Origin: a virus
DNA length: 10,564 nt
Strand: one strand, 5' to 3'
UHGV virus genome: UHGV-1326494
The first letter of the stretch is position 1; every line of letters begins with the position of its first letter. A program made the position numbers and the translations under genes. The notes under the pieces are model-generated. The model saw only the letters and a list, made by a program, of their open reading frames with translations, had not been told where the DNA came from and did no database searches. Positions 1-7,767 of this stretch are shown piece by piece.

Positions 1-550
1 AGATGAACGTGTCCGCGCCTTTGATTTCTTTCACGATCCCGTCTTGTGAGTTGCTGATTCGTTCGCGGTTCCAGATTACCTGCTGATGATCAACTGGCTT
101 ACCAAACTCGTATTCGTCACAAGGATAATCGGCGTGGCAGATGACATATTTTTTACCTTTGCTCACCAGTTCGATGATTAACGGAAGTTCATCTGCTTTA
201 TGGGCAAGAGCTTTAGCCAGAATTTCTTTGTCGTAATCGAGATTAAAGAACCAGCCACCGCCATTAAGCAACCAGTGATTGACGTTTCCACGCTCTGATA
301 AGCCATCAATCATCATGTGCTCATGGTTTCCACGTACAGCTCTGAACCAGGGGAATGTGATTAATTCCAGGCATTCGACGTTCTCTGTACCGCGATCGAC
401 CAAATCGCCAACCGAGATAAGCAGGTCTTTTTTGGTGTCGAATCCTATCGTCTCCAGTTTTTCCATCAGGTTCGTGTAGCATCCGTGCAGATCGCCAACT
501 ACCCAAATATTTCGGTATTTGCTGCCATCAATTCTTTCGTAATAGCGCAT
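1..550 (-). CDS. Serine/threonine protein phosphatase, lambda PPase-like (calcineurin-like metallophosphoesterase); N-terminal ~183 codons, 3' end lies beyond window start
   Basis: Minus-strand translation from ATG at 548-550 gives [24 protein letters not shown]...GDLVDRG...GNHE, the PPP-family metal-binding motifs. The frame stays open to position 1. Not in the ORF track because it has no stop in the window. Position after ninH matches lambda. Confidence 0.85.
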   Translation of the reverse strand, partial: MRYYERIDGSKYRNIWVVGDLHGCYTNLMEKLETIGFDTKKDLLISVGDLVDRGTENVECLELITFPWFRAVRGNHEHMMIDGLSERGNVNHWLLNGGGWFFNLDYDKEILAKALAHKADELPLIIELVSKGKKYVICHADYPCDEYEFGKPVDHQQVIWNRERISNSQDGIVKEIKGADTFI

Positions 551-734
551 CTCTTTCACTCCATCCGCGATGAACCATGAGAACGTCGTTGACGATGGCG
601 TGCATTTTCCCGTCTTTATCATCAACGTATTTTCTTACCGTACCGCGACTACATTTCAGTCTGCGTGCTACTTCTGTCTGGTTTCCGTATGCTTCAATGA
701 GCATGTCTGGAATGGTTTTTACTGAGAACGTCAT
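528..734 (-). CDS. ninH: NinH-like protein (68 aa)
   Basis: ORF track 68 aa, [37 protein letters not shown]..., matches my memory of lambda NinH in length and sequence. Its start overlaps the ninG stop (ATGA at 731-734). Confidence 0.8.
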   Translation of the reverse strand: MTFSVKTIPDMLIEAYGNQTEVARRLKCSRGTVRKYVDDKDGKMHAIVNDVLMVHRGWSERDALLRKN

Positions 735-1342
735 GCGGCCTCACTTCTGCTGTTTCGCAGGTCTTTGAGTTTCTGCTGATATTCCGCCTTGATGGCCCTG
801 CACTCTTCGACAGTCCAGCGATGGCGGTTATGGTTTGATTCGATTTCGTCTACTGCTTCCTGCCCGATGCGGCTAATCAGTTCGACGCGATACGGAACGA
901 GATTTCCGCTTTTGTGCTGGTTGCACACCACGCATTGCTTGTGAATATTGCGTTCATCAAATCGGAGTTGAGGCGCCGCAGCAGTTGTCCGGTAATGCCC
1001 GGCATCCCACTGAGCAGACGTGAGCGTTCCGCACGAGATACATGGTAAGTCGCGGTCTCTTTCTCTGATGAAGGCGTTTACGGCTTGTTGGGCTTGTTTA
1101 ATCCAGTAACTGCGGGGCTTTAAGGCGAGTTTTCGAATCTTCAGTTTATCTTTCTGTTTCTGTTCCTCTCGTCGTCGTTTCTTCTCTGCTGCTTTTTCCG
1201 CTTTTTTGCGTTCTTTGCTTCGTCGTTCGAGTGCTATCTTTGTTCCACACTCTGGAGAGCACCACCACTGATTAGCGAATGCAGGGTGAAACCATTCCCG
1301 ACATTCATCGTTTTTACATCGTCTTCGCGCTGGTTTAGCCAT
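731..1342 (-). CDS. ninG: NinG/Rap-like recombination endonuclease (203 aa)
   Basis: 203-aa ORF with a Cys-rich N-terminus (C..C..C..C), a basic KR-rich linker and a C-terminal CxxC/H motif. Length and position match lambda NinG. ATG at 1340-1342 overlaps the ninF stop. Confidence 0.85.
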   Translation of the reverse strand: MAKPARRRCKNDECREWFHPAFANQWWCSPECGTKIALERRSKERKKAEKAAEKKRRREEQKQKDKLKIRKLALKPRSYWIKQAQQAVNAFIRERDRDLPCISCGTLTSAQWDAGHYRTTAAAPQLRFDERNIHKQCVVCNQHKSGNLVPYRVELISRIGQEAVDEIESNHNRHRWTVEECRAIKAEYQQKLKDLRNSRSEAA

Positions 1343-1511
1343 CGTCTTCTTCCTCGTACATTGAGCTATTCGGATCGCTCATCAGTTCTGCGCAGCAGTG
1401 CTCACACACATGAACTTCCAGCACATGCAGCTTCTGACCGCAGTTAGCGCACGTTAAAGCTCGCTCGACGCTTTCTTTCTGGTATTGAAGGGATTGGGAT
1501 GGGCTAAGCAT
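1335..1511 (-). CDS. ninF: NinF-like small protein (58 aa)
   Basis: Hand-translated minus-strand [61 protein letters not shown]. Below the ORF-track length cutoff. Overlaps neighbours at both ends. Confidence 0.7.
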   Translation of the reverse strand: MLSPSQSLQYQKESVERALTCANCGQKLHVLEVHVCEHCCAELMSDPNSSMYEEEDDG

Positions 1512-1872
1512 TATTGGCGTCCTGAATCATGAGAAAGACAATCATGGCGGCACGGAGTGGATTGTCATATGCGACACCAACATTCGGTCCGGCATCATCA
1601 AACAAGTCCCTTGCGTTGTCTGTAGCGCACGGCATTGAGGGATTGTCTAAAATTATGCTGATGTTGTTTTCAGTGATAATCGGCCATGCGTCTGATGGTC
1701 TTTTACAGTAATCAACCGTTTTTATTGCATAACCAGTTTCGTCATCCCACTCAACACCAACGATTGATGTTCCCAACTTTGCGATTTCGCAATCTTCGGG
1801 AGCAAATCCACAGCAAATTGCCACTCGCTTGTTAATTTCAAAATCACTTAACTGTGAATAATCCATTGTCAT
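1504..1872 (-). CDS. Hypothetical nin-region protein (122 aa, 5 Cys), function unknown; occupies the NinX-like position between ninE and ninF
   Basis: ORF track gives 134 aa from an upstream ATG at 1908, but that extension overlaps ninE. The ATG at 1870-1872 ([10 protein letters not shown]...) forms an ATGA overlap with the ninE stop and is the likelier start. The stop overlaps the ninF start. Confidence 0.65.
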   Translation of the reverse strand: MTMDYSQLSDFEINKRVAICCGFAPEDCEIAKLGTSIVGVEWDDETGYAIKTVDYCKRPSDAWPIITENNISIILDNPSMPCATDNARDLFDDAGPNVGVAYDNPLRAAMIVFLMIQDANNA

Positions 1873-2045
1873 TTCCTCGCACGAAGTCTTAGCCACCGGA
1901 TATCCCACAGGTGAGCCGTGTAGTTGAAGGTTTTTACATCAGATTCTTTTGGGATTGGCTTGCGTTTATTTCTGGAGCGTTTCGTTGGAAGGTATTTGCA
2001 GTTTTCGCAGATTATGTCGGTAATACTTCGTCGCTGTCGTCTCAT
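1869..2045 (-). CDS. ninE: NinE-like small basic protein (58 aa)
   Basis: Hand-translated: [61 protein letters not shown] at 2043-2045 overlaps the ninC stop (ATGA). Below ORF-track cutoff. Confidence 0.65.
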   Translation of the reverse strand: MRRQRRSITDIICENCKYLPTKRSRNKRKPIPKESDVKTFNYTAHLWDIRWLRLRARK

Positions 2046-2887
2046 GCCGCATCATCAAAATTAAATCCAAGCTGACATGAAAATGCTTCACATGATTCAG
2101 AACACGAACCTGAATCATACTGTCGCATTGATGTCATTCTTGAGGCTAACTCATCTCTTGATATATCACTAAACAAGGCAATCAGTGATTTAAGTGTATT
2201 ATTCCCTCGATACATAACCGGTTCCTTTCCTGTTTTTATTTCTGTATCAAGGATGTTGATAAATGCATCTGCAAGTTCTGGCTCATCCATGGCTGCCAGC
2301 GCAACCTTTTGCATACTTTTTTTTATACAGAAAACACAATTACCAAGATGCTCCTGTATGCCAAGATCAAACTTCTGCCCACTCCACCAATCAAGCACAT
2401 CCTGTTTTTCAAAATCGCTTATATCAGCCAGGTACCGAAAACCATTAGCCCTTTTAAGCCTGTTTGGTTCATCTGTGCGAATGCCAAGCCATGTGATGTA
2501 ATTTCCTTTCCCAAACTTTTCCTGACAATATTTGGTGAATGGAACAGACTTCATTCTGTCGGTACAGAACGCACCGCCGATATATGGATGTCCGTATTTA
2601 TTTAACATCCTTTTCCACGGTATAAGATCTGGACCAATATCATTGACACCTATCTCTTCATAACTACTGGCCTTCCCCATTTCTGGATTAGGTATTACAC
2701 GAAGGCAATGTAAGTCTATTTTCCAGTTACTGACGATATTTCGGATGAACTCATATGTTTTAGGGTGCTCTGCCCCTGTATCCATGAAAACGTAATGCAC
2801 GTCTTCACCTGCCTGTCGCTTTTGCTCCATTAGCCAGAGCAAATATGCTGACGTCCTGCCACCTGAGAAACTAACGACATTTATCAT
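2042..2887 (-). CDS. ninC: NinC-like protein, PAPS-reductase / PP-loop ATP pyrophosphatase superfamily (281 aa from internal start)
   Basis: ORF track 311 aa; the first 30 codons overlap the upstream methyltransferase. The internal ATG at 2885-2887 ([17 protein letters not shown], SGGxxS PP-loop) forms an ATGA overlap with the methyltransferase stop. Confidence 0.8.
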   Translation of the reverse strand: MINVVSFSGGRTSAYLLWLMEQKRQAGEDVHYVFMDTGAEHPKTYEFIRNIVSNWKIDLHCLRVIPNPEMGKASSYEEIGVNDIGPDLIPWKRMLNKYGHPYIGGAFCTDRMKSVPFTKYCQEKFGKGNYITWLGIRTDEPNRLKRANGFRYLADISDFEKQDVLDWWSGQKFDLGIQEHLGNCVFCIKKSMQKVALAAMDEPELADAFINILDTEIKTGKEPVMYRGNNTLKSLIALFSDISRDELASRMTSMRQYDSGSCSESCEAFSCQLGFNFDDAA

Positions 2888-3411
2888 GCAGCCCTCCTGA
2901 CACCCTGCCCGATCGCCATCAATGCCGCTTTGGATACGGTAGTAAACATCCGTCGAGGACTGATGAACGGTCGCCAAATCAGCAGCATGGAGCCTTTGCT
3001 GTTTCCCTTCTTCTCCAGCCCTGTCGATGGTTCGATAAAATTAATCCGTCCATCAGTGATAATGCGAACTTCGTCGACACTCTCCAGAGCCTTGCTGAAC
3101 CATCCGACTGACATATCCTCTGGCACAAGCATAACTACCGTCTGTCGCTGTTGTATGCACTGCTCAGCGGCTTTTTCCACCCACGGCCTGATATTGCTGT
3201 ACGGTGGGTTATTCCAGATTGCACCGTGGCTTACCCACTCAGAATTGAGCGCGTCGTCGGCCTCAGTTAGCCAGTGAGCACACAGAGCATTTTTGTCGCT
3301 CGCTGCCGAATCCAGCCAGAATCCAAACTCAATATCCAGTGCATCAAAAAGCCAGAGCGGCGTTTGCCAGCAGTCCTTGTCGTGTGCTGGCGTATTTGAT
3401 TTGATAGTCAT
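2884..3411 (-). CDS. Orphan DNA N6-adenine methyltransferase, phage Dam family (175 aa)
   Basis: Translation from ATG at 3409-3411: MTIKSNTPAHDKDCWQTPLWLFDAL...WLDSAASDKNA...WNNPPYS. The WQTP start, D-A-A motif and NPPY catalytic motif are characteristic of phage-type Dam methylases. ATGA overlap with the ninB stop. No restriction endonuclease partner is visible. Confidence 0.8.
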   Translation of the reverse strand: MTIKSNTPAHDKDCWQTPLWLFDALDIEFGFWLDSAASDKNALCAHWLTEADDALNSEWVSHGAIWNNPPYSNIRPWVEKAAEQCIQQRQTVVMLVPEDMSVGWFSKALESVDEVRIITDGRINFIEPSTGLEKKGNSKGSMLLIWRPFISPRRMFTTVSKAALMAIGQGVRRAA

Positions 3412-3848
3412 GCAGCCCGATCTCCCCATCGCGCTTTCCATTCGAGAGCCAGTCGCGCTTCGTCTGACCACTTAACGCCACGCTCTGTACCGAATGCCTG
3501 TATAAGCTCTAATAGCTCCGCAAATTCGCTTACACGCATCCTGCTGGTTGACTGGCCTATTACCACAAAGCCATTCCCGGCAAGGTTAGGAACAACATCC
3601 TGCTGCTTTAATGCTGCGGTAAACACACACTTCCAGCTTTCTGCATCCAGCCAGCGACCATGCCATTCAACCTGACGAGAGACGTCACCAAGGCAAGCCC
3701 AAAGCTTTCGATTCTGGTCTAAGCTGCGGTTGCGTTCCTGAATGGTTACTACGATTGGTTTGGTTGGGTCTGGAAGAATTTGCTGTACTGCGTGAATAGC
3801 GTTTTGCTGATGTGCTGGAGATCGAATTTCAAAGGTTAGTTTTTTCAT
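3408..3848 (-). CDS. ninB: NinB/Orf recombination mediator (146 aa)
   Basis: ORF track 152 aa; start chosen at ATG 3846-3848 (MKKLTFEIRSPAHQQNAIHAVQQILPDP...), which has a purine-rich RBS (GGGAGAGAGGGAAG) upstream. Length and sequence match my memory of lambda NinB. Confidence 0.85.
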   Translation of the reverse strand: MKKLTFEIRSPAHQQNAIHAVQQILPDPTKPIVVTIQERNRSLDQNRKLWACLGDVSRQVEWHGRWLDAESWKCVFTAALKQQDVVPNLAGNGFVVIGQSTSRMRVSEFAELLELIQAFGTERGVKWSDEARLALEWKARWGDRAA

Positions 3849-3862
3849 GACTTCCCTCTCTC

Positions 3863-3896
3863 CCAAATAAAAAGGCCTGCGATTATCAGCAGGCCT
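3863..3896 (-). terminator. Intrinsic terminator between helicase and ninB (tR2-analog position)
   Basis: Perfect 8-bp inverted repeat aggcctgc (3873-3880) / gcaggcct (3889-3896) with an 8-nt loop. On the minus-strand transcript the hairpin is followed by UUUUAUUU (complement of 3865-3872). Confidence 0.6.
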
Positions 3897-3921
3897 GTTA
3901 TTAACTCAGTGATGTAGATGG

Positions 3922-5298
3922 TCATACGTCAGCCCCTTGTGCATATCGTCTGCCACGCGCAGCAGGTGCATTTGATGCTGTGCAAATCTGTCTGGCTTCA
4001 TCCTGGTCACATGCAACAAAGTGTCCGTTGCAGAACCGCTGGTAAACCGTACCAAGTGAGCCAAAACGGTTTTTCGTCACGATGATTTCAGCAAATGGCG
4101 CGGCGCTACTGTTCTCGTCATATACCGCTTCCCGATAGAGCATGATGATTGAGTCTGCGTCCTGCTCAATGCTTCCTGAATCACGCAAATCTGCGTTTGT
4201 CGGGCGTTTGTTTGGTCGCTTCTCAACATCGCGCGAAAGCTGACTCAGGGAGATAACCGGTGTTTTCAGGTCTTTCGCCATCGCCTTCAGGCTTCCGGAG
4301 ATGTGAGCAATTGCGAGGTCGTTGCGGTCTGCTTTCGGCTTCTCAATCAGGCCAAGATAATCCGCCATGATGAGTGACAGGTTTGGATTTTCCTGTTTGT
4401 GCCGTTCTGCGATTGAGCGTATTTCTTCGACCGATAACCGCGAGGCATCGACTACCCATACATCCAAATCTGCAAGCTGACTCATGCCGTTAGCAACACG
4501 CGCCCAGCCTTCGTCATCCATCGATGCAGGATTTCGCAGCACGCTAACAGACATCCTCCCGGCGTTGGCAATGCTTCGCTCTGCAATCTGCAATGCGCTC
4601 ATTTCCATCGAGAAAATCAACACTCCGCGCCGGATGTCAGAACCAGGAATAACGCGGCTTGCAACGCCTTCGGCAATCTTCAGCGCCAGTTCGGTTTTCC
4701 CCATACCCGGACGAGCAGCGATAATCACCAGGTCTTCCGCGTTCATCCCTCCGGTGATGGCGTCAAGTTCTTCGATTCCGGTCTTCAGGGTATCTGATTC
4801 CTCTCCGTTCCTCAGACGCCTGTCAAGCGTGTCAGTGTAGTCAGTGATGATTTCCCCTAACCGTACAGGTTTAACCTCGTCACGGGGCTTTCTGATGACT
4901 GAAAGACGCTTTACAAGCTCGTCCATCGCCTGACTCGATGTATCGATGGTTCCGCTCTGAATTGGTTCACGCATTTCATCCATGATTTCCAGCACCAGAC
5001 GGCGGTGATAGTTATCCGCGACCATTCCGGCATATCCCTTCAGGTTTGCGGCACTCGGGCAGTTCTTACTGGTCATCAGGATTGACGTGAAATGCTCCTC
5101 TCCGCACGCCTCGGCAACCATCAGCGCGTCGATTAGGTTTCTGTTTCTCGCCTGCTTACGGATAACTTCGAAGGCTTTCCTGTAGAGCGGAATTGAAAAC
5201 GCTTCCGGCTCAAGCGTTGCCAGAACGTCACTGGCGGTTGGAGTTAATCCACCAATCAGCAGGCCACCGATAACGCTCGCTTCGATATCCTGTCTCAT
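3922..5298 (-). CDS. Replicative DNA helicase, DnaB family (458 aa; P22 gene 12-like)
   Basis: 458-aa ORF with a DnaB-like N-terminus ([12 protein letters not shown]), Walker [10 protein letters not shown] and a RecA-like C-terminal fold. ATGA overlap with the upstream O-like gene stop. Confidence 0.9.
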   Translation of the reverse strand: MRQDIEASVIGGLLIGGLTPTASDVLATLEPEAFSIPLYRKAFEVIRKQARNRNLIDALMVAEACGEEHFTSILMTSKNCPSAANLKGYAGMVADNYHRRLVLEIMDEMREPIQSGTIDTSSQAMDELVKRLSVIRKPRDEVKPVRLGEIITDYTDTLDRRLRNGEESDTLKTGIEELDAITGGMNAEDLVIIAARPGMGKTELALKIAEGVASRVIPGSDIRRGVLIFSMEMSALQIAERSIANAGRMSVSVLRNPASMDDEGWARVANGMSQLADLDVWVVDASRLSVEEIRSIAERHKQENPNLSLIMADYLGLIEKPKADRNDLAIAHISGSLKAMAKDLKTPVISLSQLSRDVEKRPNKRPTNADLRDSGSIEQDADSIIMLYREAVYDENSSAAPFAEIIVTKNRFGSLGTVYQRFCNGHFVACDQDEARQICTASNAPAARGRRYAQGADV

Positions 5299-6116
5299 GC
5301 AATCCCCCTGTCTGCAAACTTCCCTTCCCGAACTCCCGTTAACGAATCTTCCCTCAGCAGGTAATCAAAATCGGCCGTCCAGCCAGTGTCGTTGTCTCCG
5401 AAGTAAAACGGCTTGGCCTGATGTACAAACGCCCTGACATACGCTCTGAAACCGTCCACGTTTGGCGTTTTCAGTTGCGGGATGATTTTCTTCAGGCGGC
5501 GTTTGCGTTTCTCGTTGACCGCAACAGCGTGTGGCAGTCTGTCACCGACTTCGGTGTTGTAGGCGTTCAGGAAGGATTCGTAGTCGATTCGTTCTGCCTT
5601 GCGACGTTCAGGTTTAACCTGCCCATCGCCGCCCCCGTTAGGGGGTAAGGGGGTATTTGTATTTATTGTCTTTTGTATATTGTCTTTTGTGTTTAGCTGA
5701 CTTGGCTTATACCCATTAGCCGACTCGGCTAATGTTTTATTAGCTGTTTTAGCTAATGTTAAGCTGTCCTGGCTAATCCACTGAGAAACCACCTTGTTCA
5801 CTCCGATTTTCACGCCATCAGCAATGAGGAATTTACGCTCGATAAGCTGGCGCTTGGCAGCGCAAACATGAGTGTGATGAATACCTGTCATGGCTGCTAT
5901 CTGCGTGTTTGTGAGTCGATCCATCGGCTTATTGAATCCGTATGTCTTGCGCATGATAGCGAGCATCACCTTCAACTGCCGGACGGTTAAATCAGCCATC
6001 AGCAGACTGTCGGTAATCTCGTTAGCAACGCGCATGAAACCATCTTCGGTATCTGCCACGCGATGCTCCACGACCTCCAGTTGAGGCCTGTAATCAGCTA
6101 ACTTAACGACGCCCAT
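5295..6116 (-). CDS. Replication initiator / replisome organizer, lambda O-like N-terminal domain (273 aa; P22 gene 18-like)
   Basis: N-terminus ([22 protein letters not shown]...) resembles the phage O-protein DNA-binding domain. The gene contains the iteron array and AT-rich tract expected of an embedded origin, plus a Gly/Pro linker encoded by a G-rich palindrome. Confidence 0.85.
   Translation of the reverse strand: MGVVKLADYRPQLEVVEHRVADTEDGFMRVANEITDSLLMADLTVRQLKVMLAIMRKTYGFNKPMDRLTNTQIAAMTGIHHTHVCAAKRQLIERKFLIADGVKIGVNKVVSQWISQDSLTLAKTANKTLAESANGYKPSQLNTKDNIQKTINTNTPLPPNGGGDGQVKPERRKAERIDYESFLNAYNTEVGDRLPHAVAVNEKRKRRLKKIIPQLKTPNVDGFRAYVRAFVHQAKPFYFGDNDTGWTADFDYLLREDSLTGVREGKFADRGIA
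5632..5776. repeat. Candidate origin of replication inside the O-like gene: four dyad-symmetric ~17-bp iterons plus an AT-rich tract and a G/C palindrome
   Basis: Iterons TTAGC-N7-GCTAA at 5693-5709 (TTAGCtgacttgGCTTA), 5716-5732 (TTAGCcgactcgGCTAA), 5740-5756 (TTAGCtgttttaGCTAA) and about 5760-5776 (tAAGCtgtcctgGCTAA), spaced 20-24 bp. Adjacent AT-rich tract 5651-5692 contains ttgtcttttgt twice. Palindrome ccccc-gtta-ggggg at 5632-5645. Confidence 0.6.
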
Positions 6117-6264
6117 GTTTCACTCCTGCTTTGGCTAGTCTGTAAACACCAACAAGGCGCTCTGCGAACGCCCTGTTATTTGCTGCGGCTACCACTAATC
6201 CCTCAGGTGAATCAGGGTGTCGAATCTCTTCTTTTTCCTGGTATTTCTTACGACGTTTTGTCAT
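6103..6264 (-). CDS. Hypothetical small basic protein (53 aa) between c1 and the O-like gene
   Basis: ATG at 6262-6264 preceded by AGGAG at about 7 nt. [53 protein letters not shown]. The 3' end overlaps the O-like start by 14 nt. ORF track shows a longer 68-aa version that overlaps c1. Confidence 0.4.
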   Translation of the reverse strand: MTKRRKKYQEKEEIRHPDSPEGLVVAAANNRAFAERLVGVYRLAKAGVKHGRR

Positions 6265-6298
6265 AATTACTCCTGTGGATTGATCCAGTCTTTCTACA

Positions 6299-6577
6299 TC
6301 AGGCCTCAAAACTGTTGCAGCAGTCTTGAGGCTTTTCTTTTGTCAGCACCTTGGCTACTTTCTTTGCCAGTTCCGCCAATTCCTCGTCTTCAACACCCCA
6401 CTCCAGCACAGCCAGAAGCATGGCCATCTTTGGGATAAAACTGTCTTTCCATCGCGAAATTTGCGATTCATTAATCCCTAACGCGTCAGCAACCTTTCGC
6501 TGACCACGTACAGCAATTCGATTCAGGATGTTGCTTGTAATTGCATTCGCTTTCTTGCGAGTACTTGTAAGTTGCAT
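6299..6577 (-). CDS. c1: cII-like transcriptional activator (P22 c1-type, 92 aa)
   Basis: Start chosen at ATG 6575-6577 (MQLTSTRKKANAITSNILNRIA...GINESQISRWK...MLLAVLEWGV), which has the cII-family helix-turn-helix and conserved C-terminal motif. The longer track ORF (121 aa) would run through nutR. Confidence 0.8.
   Translation of the reverse strand: MQLTSTRKKANAITSNILNRIAVRGQRKVADALGINESQISRWKDSFIPKMAMLLAVLEWGVEDEELAELAKKVAKVLTKEKPQDCCNSFEA
6301..6343 (+). terminator. Plus-strand intrinsic terminator overlapping the 3' end of c1; candidate terminator of an oop-like antisense RNA
   Basis: Stem gcctcaa (6303-6309) / ttgaggc (6326-6332), with an inner actg/cagt sub-stem, followed by cttttcttttgt. 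Orientation is antisense to the PR operon. A possible extended -10 (TGTCATAAT, 6259-6267) lies about 65 nt upstream on the plus strand. Confidence 0.45.
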
Positions 6578-6600
6578 ATGTAAGTATTTCCTTAACAAAT

Positions 6601-6628
6601 AAGAAGTTATGCGCATCAAATTATGCGC
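6601..6628 (-). terminator. Candidate tR1-like partial terminator between nutR and c1
   Basis: Inverted repeat gcgcat (6611-6616) / atgcgc (6623-6628). On the minus-strand transcript it is followed by a moderately U-rich stretch (AUAACUUCUUAUUUGUU). The U-tract is interrupted, so this is weak. Confidence 0.3.
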
Positions 6629-6636
6629 GTTGTATT

Positions 6637-6679
6637 CCCGCATTTCGGCGGGAATGATGACCATGACTGTTAAAGAGCA
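6637..6679 (-). promoter_or_regulatory. nutR: boxA plus boxB hairpin downstream of cro
   Basis: On the minus-strand RNA, boxA UGCUCUUUAACA (complement of 6668-6679) is followed by a hairpin CCCGC-CGAAAU-GCGGG (complement of 6637-6652). The same boxA core and identical boxB occur at nutL on the other strand. Confidence 0.6.
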
Positions 6680-6685
6680 ATTTGC

Positions 6686-6871
6686 TTATGCCGCTTTGCG
6701 GTAAGCGCTTTCTTGATACTTCAGGGCGCCAGCTGTAACGACTTCCAGTCGATAGGCGTCTTTCTCTGGGATGACTTCCTTCCACTGAGAGACTGCTGCG
6801 TCGCTAATGCCTAACGCTTTAGCTACAGCACGCTGGGTTCCGAAGTGGTCGATAACATCTTTCTTGTACAT
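6686..6871 (-). CDS. cro: Cro repressor (P22 Cro-type, 61 aa)
   Basis: ORF track 61 aa, MYKKDVIDHFGTQRAVAKALGISDAAVSQWKEVIPEKDAYRLEVVTAGALKYQESAYRKAA, with a helix-turn-helix. Divergent from the repressor across the operator region. Confidence 0.9.
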   Translation of the reverse strand: MYKKDVIDHFGTQRAVAKALGISDAAVSQWKEVIPEKDAYRLEVVTAGALKYQESAYRKAA

Positions 6872-6885
6872 AGACTCGCTCCGAA

Positions 6886-6951
6886 ATTAAAGAACACTTA
6901 AATTATCCACTAAAGGAATCTTAAGTCAAGTTTATTTAAGATGTCTTAACT
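6886..6951. promoter_or_regulatory. OR region: three 18-bp operators of P22 c2 type between cro and the repressor gene
   Basis: Sites matching AnTnAAG-N4-CTTnAnT: 6886-6903 attaaagaacacttaaat, 6909-6926 actaaaggaatcttaagt, 6934-6951 atttaagatgtcttaact. Centre-to-centre spacing is 23 and 25 bp. The repressor ATG at 6952 has no Shine-Dalgarno, consistent with a leaderless PRM transcript. Confidence 0.7.
6902..6929 (-). promoter_or_regulatory. PR promoter for cro
   Basis: On the minus strand: -35 TTGACT (complement of 6924-6929), 16-bp spacer, -10 GATAAT (complement of 6902-6907). It overlaps operators 1 and 2 and lies about 30 nt upstream of the cro ATG. Confidence 0.6.
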
Positions 6952-7602
6952 ATGAAAACTCAATTGATGGGAGAGCGCATTCGCGCTCGGAGAAAAGAAC
7001 TCAAGATCAGGCAGGCCGCACTTGGAAAGATGGTCGGCGTGTCTAATGTTGCCATATCTCAGTGGGAACGCTCTGAGACAGAGCCAAATGGAGAGAATCT
7101 TCTCGCCCTGGCTAATGCGTTGAAGTGTTCCCCTGACTATCTGATGAAAGGAGAGGAAAGTCTTTCAAACATTGCCTATCACAGTAGGCATGATCCAAGA
7201 GGGTCATACCCTCTGATTAGCTGGGTGAGCGCAGGATGCTGGATGGAAGCTGTAGAACCATATCATAAGCGTGCAATAGATAACTGGTACGATACAACCG
7301 TAGACTGTTCAGAAGATTCGTTTTGGTTGGACGTGAAGGGAGACTCAATGACGGCTCCGGCCGGTCTCAGTATCCCTGAAGGAATGATAATACTCGTCGA
7401 TCCTGAAGTAGAGCCGCGTAACGGGAAACTGGTAGTTGCAAAGCTCGAAGGAGAAAACGAGGCAACTTTCAAGAAGTTAGTTATTGATGCAGGCAGGAAG
7501 TTTCTAAAACCACTTAACCCACAATATCCGATGATCGAGATCAACGGAAACTGCAAAATCATCGGCGTAGTTGTCGATGCAAAACTAGCAAACCTTCCAT
7601 AA
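6952..7602 (+). CDS. c2: Prophage repressor, P22 c2 / lambda cI family (216 aa) with HTH N-domain and LexA-like autocleaving C-domain
   Basis: ORF track 216 aa. N-terminal HTH (QAALGKMVGVSNVAISQWERSE) and C-terminal S24 peptidase-like domain (AG cleavage region, VKGDSM serine motif, a K near the C-terminus). Length matches P22 c2. Confidence 0.9.
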   Translation: MKTQLMGERIRARRKELKIRQAALGKMVGVSNVAISQWERSETEPNGENLLALANALKCSPDYLMKGEESLSNIAYHSRHDPRGSYPLISWVSAGCWMEAVEPYHKRAIDNWYDTTVDCSEDSFWLDVKGDSMTAPAGLSIPEGMIILVDPEVEPRNGKLVVAKLEGENEATFKKLVIDAGRKFLKPLNPQYPMIEINGNCKIIGVVVDAKLANLP

Positions 7603-7629
7603 GGGGGCATTCGCCCCTTTTTTTTATTT
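7601..7629 (+). terminator. Intrinsic terminator immediately after the repressor gene
   Basis: Hairpin aagggggc-attc-gcccctt (7601-7619) followed by a T-run (to 7629). It overlaps the repressor stop codon. Confidence 0.7.
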
Positions 7630-7649
7630 CCTTTAAAAATCAAAGCCAA

Positions 7650-7722
7650 ACTTAAGTTACGAAAGAAAATTTAAGTTTTCTTCAAAAATACTCTTGACCA
7701 TTAATTAAAGAGATCTTAAATT
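7650..7722 (+). promoter_or_regulatory. OL/PL region: PL promoter with an embedded operator
   Basis: -35 TTGACC (7694-7699), 17-bp spacer, -10 TAAATT (7717-7722). Operator-like site attaaagagatcttaaat (7703-7720) sits in the spacer. Further TTAAG/CTTAA half-sites at 7650-7680 are candidate extra operators. Confidence 0.6.
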
Positions 7723-7767
7723 TAAGCCATCAGCAGGACGCTGGTAGCCAAACGGAACAGATTGGCA

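Noticed and set aside
279-506. Track ORFs 279-479 (+) and 321-506 (-)
   Set aside because: Both lie inside the phosphatase gene, one antisense and one in an alternative frame. The phosphatase frame carries conserved metal-binding motifs; these two have no RBS and odd composition.
577-768. Plus-strand 63-aa ORF
   Set aside because: Antisense shadow of ninH and ninG.
1529-1711. Plus-strand 60-aa ORF
   Set aside because: Antisense to the 122-aa nin ORF; no RBS.
2253-2605. Three plus-strand ORFs (82, 61 and 98 aa)
   Set aside because: All antisense to the ninC-like gene and mutually overlapping.
2888-2977. N-terminal extensions of track ORFs (ninC 311 aa, methyltransferase 195 aa, ninB 152 aa, c1 121 aa, N-like 114 aa, cIII-like 61 aa, 134-aa nin ORF)
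   Set aside because: The extensions overlap upstream genes or regulatory sites. Internal ATGs with RBS or ATGA coupling give lengths matching known family members. Only the N-like extension was kept as an open question.
2930-3475. Plus-strand ORFs 2930-3277 and 3293-3475
   Set aside because: Antisense to the methyltransferase, which has clear catalytic motifs.
4484-4840. Plus-strand 118-aa ORF
   Set aside because: Antisense to the helicase Walker-A region; Ser/Arg-rich composition typical of a shadow frame.
5421-6084. Plus-strand ORFs 5421-5648 and 5890-6084
   Set aside because: Antisense to the O-like initiator gene.
6217-6438. Plus-strand 73-aa ORF
   Set aside because: Antisense to the c1 3' end; the region is better explained by the oop-like RNA elements.
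7263-7649. Minus-strand 128-aa ORF
   Set aside because: Antisense to the repressor gene.
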